From Octopus sinensis (Eukaryota): 64,000 nt of DNA. The position numbers were made by a program, and so were the translations under genes. The stretch is taken from positions 7,626,001-7,690,000 of the forward strand of contig NC_043015.1 of the NCBI RefSeq assembly GCF_006345805.1, given 5' to 3'. Below are positions 53,871 through 64,000 of the stretch, piece by piece (position 1 is the first letter of the stretch; the number at the start of each line of letters is the position of its first letter). Under the pieces are notes generated by a model. It was not told where the DNA came from. It made no database searches and saw only the letters and a list, made by a program, of their open reading frames with translations.

Positions 53871-54238
53871 AGTATATATATATGCGCCAAACAATCTCAA
53901 GCCGACTTATGCCAACGAAAGTGACAAGCGGAAAACAGATCAGCTATTAGCAAACACCTCCGATAGGATTTGGATTGGCACCAAGTTTCAACTAAAAACA
54001 TCTTTTGTAATATCTTACGTAACGACGTCTAAGCGTATCATGTGTAGCAAAGATCTGATATTTGAATGAAAAACACTGCATTCGCAACTTGCAAATTCTA
54101 CGGTCAAATCCTCGATAGTTTTGATTTTGTTCCTAATTTATGTGAATACTTCAACGTTTAATCTCTTTAAATATATTTGAACACATACAAATATACGCAC
54201 ACCCTCACTCATATATAATGTTCTTTACTTCTTCATGC

Positions 54239-54239
<1 letters not shown>

Positions 54240-54290
<51 letters not shown>

Positions 54291-54510
54291 TACATATACA
54301 TATATATACATATACACACATATATACATATACACATATATACATATACATATATACATATACATATACACACATATATACATACATATATATACATACA
54401 TACATACATACATATATATACATACATACATACATATATATACATACATACATACATATATATACATACATACATATATATACATACATACATACATACA
54501 TATACATATT
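54240..54510. repeat. (TA)n followed by TACA/TATA compound repeat, 18-bp units
   Basis: Direct reading. Confidence 0.9.
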
Positions 54511-56801
54511 CCTGTTCTTAATTGAATTCGGTTGAGCTTAACTTCTGAGTTTAATAGTTCTTTCTTGCAGGTTGGGTCATGTTACCCACATGTTATTAAC
54601 AATACCTACAAGTTGTTAACAAATACTAGTATCTCGAATGCTATATGTTTTTGGTCACTAACATACCTACAATAAGATATGCTTCGGATTAAACAAACAC
54701 ATACAGGAATCCAAATGCAAATGTTTGCCGTGGAAAAATTGCTTTTTTACTCATCATTTAAGGTACTTAATTGAGTTTATTTTAGAAATCATGAATGTTT
54801 GAATAGAAACACATCAATAGATTTAGTTGCTATTAGAAGACAAACAAACTTGCCCATTTGAGCCAATTTTAGAATGAATTTCAAAAGACTTTTAGTCTCA
54901 TTTTTAGTTTCGCCACGTCTATAAATTTTTATGCCATATCTTGAAATTACTTTTCGAAAGATCCATAACCTGACATACTTTTTTACTAACTGAAGGTACG
55001 TGGATATACACATATCAACTAATAATCTTCATGATAATAAAAGGTTTCATGCTCTAATTTACTGATCGAAAATTTCAAAAAGCACATTTTAATTATTTTT
55101 TTTAAATGGCCATGCATTAACAAAAGATTTGCAAGAAAGGAATAAGATTTAGAAAGAATGAAAAAATTGTGATTGGCTTACATCTATTTGTTACATAGTC
55201 AATCAAAATCAAATATCAAAAATGAAAAAGAATGGTAATTTCGTTTGAATGGAAGAATATGAAAGGAGTATGAAACAAACCTAAATGACAGATTGAAGAA
55301 ACGGTCTCATGGAGTTAAGCGCTAGCAAGAATAACTTGTTTCTAAAATCAATATGGGACGTCACTAAATATAATTCTGGATATGTGTATTTATAAGTTTA
55401 CCATAGCTGGAATTAGGGCTGACTTTAATCTTTAGAACTTGAATAAAAAGTTTGTATATTTACAACGAAGTTTAAATGAATGTTATGTATACAAACACCA
55501 TAAAATTGCATACTGATTGTTGAGAAACTTACTTATATAAGTTTGGTTATTTAAAGTTTTACTGGAAGTATCAGTCCAATAAAAAAAAAATTAAATAACG
55601 ATATCTATATAACTTAATACTGCTGTGCTTAATTTTCGAACAATTGTGGTTGAGTCGTACTAAGAAGAAAAGGCGTTCTATCTGAGCGGACCCCGCCTTT
55701 AGAGATGTATGATAAATCAGAATACATCTCCCTATTTGCACTTAAACCATTCTAAAGCTGTTGAGGTATTATTTTGGAGTGAGAATCGTCTGCGATTCCT
55801 TGGCAGCTTGACTAATTTTATAGTCTGTGATCAAAAACATTCTAAAACTCTATTCAAATTGTTTTATCAGAGGAAAAATAAATTAGAAAAAAAGTAATAC
55901 AATCAATAATCGATGTATTTACTGAAATAGGTTGTATCAACCCATGCCAAATGAAAACGATCCTATCTTCTCAATCAGAGGCTGTTGATATGCGGTTATG
56001 AATGTTCAAATATGTATTGGAATAAAATTTTGCATGTTCGTAATATAAAATTTGTGTAAACCTTTGGCATCAATACTCATTGTTAAGCAATTATTCAAAA
56101 CAGAGTGAGTTTGATTCAAGTGTGCTTTTGCAAGATAATATAGAAAATATAAAGAATTTAAAATGGAACACGTTTGTTATCATTGGATTTATGCTTAATA
56201 GGACGATAAAAGGATTTTGATGACAACCAAATAATAATGGGGAAATGGATAGCTGATAATCAAGAGCACAAACTCTCATCTGCAACCCACAAACTTTGAA
56301 AAGTTATTTCTGAAAGATATTAAAATTATATATCATTTTAAACAATGAAATAAACAATATCACGTTTCATAAAATGAAACCTATTTTTTTTTATTTTCTA
56401 GATAGAATATTTATAATTATGAGATTAAATCATGTTATTTATGCAGAATAGACTAATTTCCAAGGAAAAATGTTTAAAATAGCTGAATGTGATCGTTTTA
56501 TTATGATATATTATACAACACTATCAATAGTGAAAATCTTCTGATCCTCAATATCAATAAAAATAGCTTTCAAATTTAGCAAATGAAAGAGACACGCTAG
56601 AGATAATAATACATACATACATACATACACACATACACATATGTATGTACATACAAACATATATTCATCTAACAACCCATCCATTCATCTACACATCTAT
56701 TTTACTCACACACAAACACATATACATATATACTTACATATAAAATATAGGTTTGTAAATATCTTTATATAAAAACATACATACATATATTTATACATAT
56801 A

Positions 56802-57645
56802 CGAGATTTGATCAATAAGTATCCGGATTGTTGCCATAGTAACGAAGCTAAAACACACAGAGTAAAGCCACTTGGCTCAGATTGATCCTGAACTCTGCTG
56901 TGCATGTGCACCATGTTTTAAGCTTCCAGCTCACTTCCGCTGTTTATAGTTGTGCTTCAAAGGAACGTGTGTCGAGTGTGATAGTCGCATTGGCTACGAT
57001 AGAGAAAGTTGTCATGGCGACACCTGCGGAAAGTTGCAGTAAGTGTATGGAGAGGAGTGTATGAGACGCACACAAGTGTAGGAGTGATTCAGACGTTTCC
57101 GAGATAGCCGAAAAAATGACGATATTGACGAAAATCATCGCAGATGTGCGTGCAGCTCTCAGCGTAAATCGTCGAATAACCATCCGTGAGTTATCGAAGG
57201 ATTTTCAGATTAGTTACGGTTCAGTTCAGCCCATTATCACTGAAGATTTGGGTATGAGACGCATGCTTGCTAAGTTTGTGTCCAAACTGCTTTTAGCTCA
57301 CCAAAAAGTATTTCGAGTTTCAGTTGACCAAGATCTCCTTGATTGTGTCGAGAACGATGAAAACTGGAGAACCTTGCGTAGACCTCTGCGCAAGTATCAC
57401 CAAGCTTTTGGCAAATTTGATACAAATTCCCTGTTCAACATTCTCTGTCATTGTCAATGCAAAGATTACACGCTATACACTTCCCTTCCTACACTGCTGT
57501 AACCAGCAGAACAAGACTAGAGCATCATATCATAGTGCACATGCACAACTGAGTTTGAGGTAAATTAGCTGCATCCGGCTTTACTTTGCGTGCTTTAGCA
57601 TCGATTCTATGGCAACTGTCCGGATACTTGTTCATCAGACCAACA
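56802..57645 (+). mobile_element. Non-autonomous mariner derivative with long inverted arms
   Basis: TA flanks; terminal aagtatccgga..gttgccatag on both ends; internal HTH region NRRITIRELSKDFQISYGSVQPIITEDLGMRRMLAKFVSKLL. Confidence 0.85.
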
Positions 57646-58159
57646 TATATACATACATATGTGTGTGTGTGTGTGTCTGTGTGTGTGTGTGTGTCTGTGT
57701 GTATCTGTGCGTTTGTGTGTGCATGTGTTTGTGTGCTTGCGCGTGTGTGTTGGTATGTATATGTATGCCTTTATGTGTAGATATATGTGTGTGTTTGTGT
57801 ATGCATACATGGGGTGTAATATAGAGTGATGTAGAGAAAATTAAATGATGCAGGTTGGTTCATTCCCCCTCCGACTCTTCATTTTCTATACAAAAGAAAA
57901 TGTTCCTACCGACTTCATTCTATTTCAGGCCCTTTTCTAATGGCGATGCTATTTGTATCCAAAACATTCCAAGGAAATATATTTTTTCCCTAAATCTTAC
58001 CACACATTACAAACTATTTCATTATTTTTTTAGTGTTGTCTTGTTTCAGTCACTTGATTGTGGTCAAAATGGGGAACTGGAGGAGTGAAGTCGACACAAA
58101 CACTTATTAAGTCTCATACATGTTCTATTGATCCCCTTTCAAACATTGTCTTATTTTAG

Positions 58160-58560
58160 AGGAAGTAATTGGTTATCCATAAAGCTTGCTTTTCTATCAC
58201 ATGCTTCTGGGTTCAGTCCTACTGCGTGGCATCTTCGGCGAGTGTCTTCTATAGCCTCAGGCTTATCAAAGTGTTTTGAATAGGTTTGGTAGACAGAAAT
58301 TTATAAGAAATCCGATACCTATACGTGTGTGTCTGTGTGTGCGTTCGTGTATGTGTTTGTGTGTGTGAGTGATGCTTTTGAATTTATTTTTCCTTAACCT
58401 AGCGGTCCTATAAAGAGACCGATAGTATAAGTACTAAATTATAAAACAAATAAGTAGTAGGGTCAATGTATTTGGTTAAAAATTCTTCAAGACGGTGCCC
58501 CCACATTGCCACATTCTAATAATTGAAACTGGAAAATTATCAAAAATATATATTTATATA
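58160..58560 (+). mobile_element. Degraded SINE related to family A
   Basis: gggttcagtcctactgcgtggcatctt...gtgtcttctatagcc; gatagtataagtacta; ggtgccccc. Confidence 0.55.
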
Positions 58561-59465
58561 CGATGTGCTTCTAGATAGCTTCCTTCAGCAAATTACTTGA
58601 CAGAACTTTGGGCAGCCCAATGCTATAACAGAAGACATTGCCGAATGTATCACACGGTAGAATTGAACCTAAAACCACGCAAAACAACTTCTTAGCCATA
58701 GAAATATATTTGCGCCTGTAATTAATTGCGCAATTATTTAGGGAAAATGCATGGTTAGATGGTGTTTGTTTTCTTAACTTTCCACGTATTTGTAGTAGAG
58801 ACCGTCTGGTTTCTGTTTGTACTTATTGAAGGTTCGTATGTTGATGAGCTTCATTGATAATCAAGACTAATCGTTACATTGTCGGTGATGATGGGCTTTA
58901 AGCTTTAAAATTCAATTTTCCTTTGAAGATATTCTGAATATCAAGTTGAGAATGGGCAGCAACAAAACATTTTTTTTCACATCCAGAACATTGGATAACA
59001 AATTTTGTCATGGAAAATCAATGAATTTACTACAACTGGACCTTTCTATTTCATGACCATAACATATCTATTTGTCTTCTTTGACATTTATATGAACCCT
59101 GTATATGTAAAATATTAACAGTAATTTCGTGACATACAAATTTCGAACAATCGTTGCCGTTTCTTTTCACTGTATGAACTCATTAGTGTTTCATGATAAT
59201 AAATCCAACACAAATAATTAGAAATAAAATATATTCTGAATTATGTATACAGTTTTACTTTATGAACTAGCAAGGACAACCTAAGCATGATATTAGCAAA
59301 CATATATACATACACAAAAATAGACACTTTTTATGTATTTATGTGTGCATGTAGATACCCGAGAACATGTGGTCTTTCGTTGGGACATGATATGACGGAA
59401 CGCAATTAAGTCTGTACTTGCATAGCGAGTGACTTGATTTGAGATCGTGTGTGGAACGAAAACAA

Positions 59466-59639
59466 TTGCAGCGTGGAAGGTGTTTATAAGCCATTTAAGA
59501 AACACACAAAATCCGTTAGATTCACTTCAACATTAAAATTTAATTTGTCAAAATATTTTCGTCGCATTTAAAAGTTGAAGTGAATCTAACGGTTTTGTGT
59601 GTTTCTTAAATGGCTTATAAAACACCTTCCACGCTGCAA
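59466..59639. repeat. Fold-back with 66-bp near-perfect arms and a 42-bp spacer
   Basis: 59466-59531 is the reverse complement of 59574-59639 apart from two 1-nt indels. Confidence 0.93.
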
Positions 59640-60691
59640 ATATAGTATATTTGTTGATCTAAGATGATCAAAAATACTCAGTTACCAGAGCTCAGGTACA
59701 TAGTATACAATTAATTTACAAGCTTGCAATAAACTAATGCTTTATTTATAAACAATTAACATTCTTCAACGTCATAGAAGTTTTAAGAATTCAATGTGAA
59801 TATGAGTACCATTTAAATAATTTTACAACTGAAAGCCTATTCGTTGTTAGATTTAATCTTAAAGCAATGCTGTGCTGATACTAATATATATCTGTTGCAA
59901 GAAAAATTCTAACAATGTGAAAATACATTTTATGAGAAACACCTTAAATAATATTCGTTTTGTATATGAAGAGCCCGTGTTTTGACAAAATCATGTGTTC
60001 ACATTAAAAAAGAAATTAATATTAGCCCATTTCTATCTTTACACTTAACAGCAAAATAGCACTTATGTGAAACAATCATCGATATAGTCTCTCTAGTTTA
60101 ATTCACGTATTGTAAACCTTTATTTATTGCTGTCATGTGGCATATTTTGGGGTTTTTATTGCCTTCTTTCAACGTCGTTTATGCTATCGAATGACGTGCA
60201 TCAGCAGTAAATTTAAAACATATTGTGTACCGACATTTACACAGTGAAAAAAGATGACATGCAAGAAATAAAATTTCACTTAGCAATCTGTAATAATTCA
60301 AATGATAAATCACAGAGAAAATGCTATATACCTGCAAAATTCAATATCTTTGTTTCAAAATCGATATATTTTAACATGCATTTCTTCAAAGGGGAAATTT
60401 AATGCTGTTATACTTCTCGTCGTTCTACATGTCAAATAAGCTTCTGAAATGGATCTTTTACTCTGTTAACAAATGTCTTTTATGGTTGCGTGAATATTCC
60501 TAAGGTGAGTACACCAAGCAGACAAATGTCTCGGCATTCATACATTACTTACACCAACAGAACAATGAAGGATGATAATGTAGACTATACACAATGCATA
60601 AGAGATCACATGGAGCTAGACTGCAAAACTGCAACAGTTAATATATCTATGACCTACATCCCTGTTTTAAAATGTATGTGATAATTTCTAC

Positions 60692-61090
60692 CAGGAGTGG
60701 CTGTGTGGTAAGTAGCTTGCTAACCAACCACATGGTTCCGGGTTCAGTCCCACTGCCTGGAATCTTGGGCAAGTGCCTTCTGCTATAGCCCCGAGCCGAC
60801 CAATGCCTTGTGAGTGGATTTGGTAGACGGAAACTGAAAGAAGCCTGTCGTATATATGTATATATCTATTAGTGTGTGTGTATATGTTTGTGTGTCTGTG
60901 TTTGTCCCCCGAGCATTGCTTGACAACCGATGCTGGTGTGTTTACGTCGCCGTCACTTAGTGGTTCGGCAAAATAGACCGATAGAATAAGTACTGGGCTT
61001 ACAAAGAATAAGTCCTGGGGTCGATTTGCTCGACTAAAGGCGGTGCTCCAGCATGGCCGCAGTCAAATTACTGAAACAAGTAAAAGATTT
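60692..61090 (+). mobile_element. SINE family A, full length (reference copy in this window)
   Basis: A-box tggctgtgtggt, B-box gggttcagtccc, internal TA/TG tract, tail actgaaacaagtaaaaga. Confidence 0.93.
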
Positions 61091-61427
61091 AAAGAGTAAT
61101 CTTCCAGAGAGAATCATGCATTATTGTAACATAATTTGAACTAATCTGGTAGTGAAAGCCTCTACTCAAAGGTTTTCTGTCGTCTTTGTCTCTGCTGCGA
61201 CTGTTATGGCAGTGATTTAGCTTTTTAAATAAAGGTTACAATCCTTCAAAAAACCGAGAGGTAGTATCATATTTTCAAACAAATAAGGCTGACATCATAT
61301 GGAACATGTGGCAATGAGTTAAGTGTATGAAATGTGTCCTTGCAAACAGCCATGCAGCATAGAATTCAGGACTATAGAATTCAGGACTATGTGGACACAT
61401 CCTTAAGAACAATATATTCTATCAGAC

Positions 61428-61860
61428 CATGGAAGACAAAGACTTCAGTGAGTTGCACATACGGCATTTACTATTTGCATTAAAGGCAATAATGCAACAT
61501 GATTATGAGAAAACCTATGCATTGTATATACTGATGCTGTGAGTGTTCCGAATGCCCAAAGTGATTTAACAAGTACTAGAAAGGTGATTGAAATCTTTTT
61601 TGACGTTTATCGATCAGGAACACGAAATATTATCAATAATGACTCAGTGAAAAGTGCATTGAATATAATCCGCACTGAAAACTGCCTTGAAAATAATCCG
61701 CATTGAAAACTGCATTGAAGATAATCAAAATATTGAAAACTTTTCCCGGTTGTTTGAAAAACATCTGTCCAACAACATCTCAAGCACACTGGGAAAGTGT
61801 ATTGCGAAGTTCATATATAATTGAATACAAATTAAATATCTACACAAAGAACAATTTGTA
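61428..61860 (+). mobile_element. Decayed mariner 5' transposase fragment with an internal 28-bp tandem repeat
   Basis: MEDKD..HIRHLLF / KGNNAT..LCIVYTDAVSV / RSGTR motifs across frameshifts; ataatccgca(c/t)tgaaaactgc(c/a)ttgaa repeated about 2.5 times. Confidence 0.5.
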
Positions 61861-62756
61861 AGAACTAAACATTATGGCGTCACACTTGTGTCTTTATGTA
61901 TATTTGTATGCTGATGATATATACATACATACATACATACATTTATATATAAGATGGTGTGTGTGTGTGTGTGTGTGTATTTATGAGAATGAGCGCGTTC
62001 ACGTGTGTATACATATATATTGGAAGTATCCAATAGACTCAAAAGACATGGACGTTCATCTAGCGAGTCCCCTCTTGGGTTTATTCGCAGTGCAGAATGT
62101 ACTACATCTATGGACACCAACATGATTGCTCTTGAAGGATATGATCACCACTCTAACTGGTGCCATTGTGTTCGATCAAGGCAAATTTAGCAGATTACTG
62201 TTTGATCTTATGCGTGGTTAAACACTCAGTTGATATACCAAATACCAATTACAATACGATTGCAAAACAGATGTAAAATTTGATGAGAACGTACATGCAA
62301 CTTTGTCTTTTTCATTACAAACGCTGAAGGATTACATCAAATTGAACGTATTTCGTGCCTTTGTGGAATGACAGAACAATTCTGAGTAAAATCTTTGAAG
62401 TAACTCAGCATTGTTCGTGGCAGGGATTTTAAACAAGTCGTCACTAGTCGTAAGTTCGAGAGCAAAATATGAGTGGTTGTTAACGCTATCTGCGTTTTTT
62501 CTGGTATTGATCGAAAGCGGAATATCTTGCCAATTGTGGAGCTTACTTAAAATAATCCATTCTGGGTCTCAGATTACACCTTGCCCGTGATTTTATGAGC
62601 CTATTTAGTATCACTAGATAGAATACCTTCCTAACGATGTTCACAAATGAGATTTCTTTATAGTTGTTGTAATCGATTCCATTCCCATTGTTCATGTAGA
62701 ATATAGCAATATCGTATCCTCTGAGGACCTATGCCCCTGCTCCTTCTTTTCTGCAG

Positions 62757-62828
62757 GGACACAGCAGATTATATGGAGAGGCAGGCGTTTATGAATCAAT
62801 ACTGACGCATGCTTGGCCTAGATCAGAG
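62757..62828 (+). CDS. Candidate 72-nt plus-strand exon, phase 0-0
   Basis: Acceptor ctccttcttttctgcag|G, donor GAG|GTGAGC; single open frame GHSRLYGEAGVYESILTHAWPRSE. Confidence 0.4.
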
Positions 62829-63213
62829 GTGAGCCTTCCTAGAATACTCTCCCACCTTTTTGACAGTATCTGTGATTATCTTTCTTGTTAAAGTTTTAGA
62901 GCTGCTCTTTTGCATAGACAAATTTATTCACTCATACACTCCGCGGACGCCATCAGAGTTAAATTATGATTGAATACCTCGTCAAATCTGTAGTAAATGT
63001 TCATTTGCATAGTGTATGGCTGTTTATTGTTGTGTTGACGTGGTTGCGCGGCGTTTGAGTAGGAGTGATGCAACATGTATGACGGAGATGAGAGCGGTGA
63101 GCTTAGCTAAAATTTCTTCATACTGTGGTTGGTTCCTGCACCGTTTCCTACAAGCAGCTTAAAATAAAGTATTGTAATATCTTTAAAAAAAAAACATTAC
63201 ATCAATGAATTAC

Positions 63214-63294
63214 CGCCAGTGGGGATCTGCAGAGATTGCAACCACCAGTAATCAGATGAAACCATCTGCTGTGCCATAAGCAGCACAAGGAAAT
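63214..63294 (-). CDS. Candidate 81-nt exon, phase 1-1 (phase 0 also open)
   Basis: Acceptor aatttgttttcag|, donor GCG|GTAATT; FLVLLMAQQMVSSDYWWLQSLQIPTG resembles the end of a signal peptide. Confidence 0.35.
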
Positions 63295-63546
63295 CTGAAA
63301 ACAAATTCTCAAATTTTGTACATACAAAGGAATACATTTCACCAGCTCTCTCTTCCAAAATAAGTCCAGTTCAAAATGGCTTCGTGGCATTCCAAATTTA
63401 AACAATGACATTAATTAGACATAATACAAGGTAGACGCTTCCACATAAGTAACGAGCTTATGATTCTTTCATGATGGCAAATGCCACACAGAATACTCTT
63501 TAGTTTCCTAGTTGATCGGATGACATCCAAGGAAGATGCGTTGGAA

Positions 63547-63804
63547 TAGCTGTGTGATAAGAGGTCTGCCTCACAACAATCAGGGTCCGGGTTCAGTCGC
63601 ACGACGCAGTACCATCAGCATATGATGTTTGCTATACACACTTCTACCTGAGACTTTCAAGATGATTTGGTCGACGGAAACAGAATATAGCCTATCGAGT
63701 ATATATAAATATATATATACACACCAACACCGTTTGTCAAGCGGTGTTGGGGGACAAACACAGATACGCAGAAACACACACACACACTCACACACAAACA
63801 CACA

Positions 63805-63845
<41 letters not shown>

Positions 63846-64000
63846 AGACACACACACACACATATATATATATGTGTGTGTGTGTGTGTGTTTGTGTGTG
63901 AGTGTGTGTGTGTTTGTGTTTCTGCGTATCTGTGTTTGTCCCCCAACACCGCTTGACAAACGGTGTTGGTGTGTTTTCGTCTCCGTAACTTAGTGGTTCG
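63547..64000 (+). mobile_element. SINE family A-related copy with an internal inverted duplication, running off the window end
   Basis: Diverged head gctgtgtgataag..gggttcagtcgcac; body gcttgacaaacggtgttggtgtgtt..ccgtaacttagtggttcg. Confidence 0.8.

Noticed and set aside
53921-53945. ccaacga-aagtgacaagc-ggaaaac as another hammerhead
   Set aside because: Two core changes, no stable helix II and no NUH/helix I partner.

Overview
Very AT-rich, repeat-dominated eukaryotic DNA of intronic/intergenic character. The microsatellite load and SINE families look like an octopod cephalopod (Octopus-like); this is inference from recalled repeat families, not a database match. No intact long ORF is present, and nearly all entries in the ORF track are translations of (TA)n/(CA)n/(TCTA)n tracts or antisense frames. 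Supported content: several tRNA-headed SINE families; fossil RTE and CR1/L2 LINE pieces (one RTE with a clean 12-bp TSD); Tc1/mariner relics; three non-autonomous Helitrons sharing a 3' end; multi-kb purine-pyrimidine satellites with higher-order duplications; and many long fold-back inverted repeats. Best leads: (1) small (TA)n-embedded repeats carrying minimal type-I hammerhead-ribozyme-like motifs of the Penelope/retrozyme kind (34.7 kb, 36.7 kb; partial at 59.5 kb); (2) widely spaced minus-strand candidate exons that can splice in phase into a small protein with a hydrophobic C-terminal GPI/tail-anchor-like end; (3) a mariner derivative built from two inverted 5' ends; (4) palindromes centred on (TA)n tracts. 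Some near-identical tandem copies differ mostly by indels and may be assembly artefacts. All of this was read by eye; no search or folding program was run.
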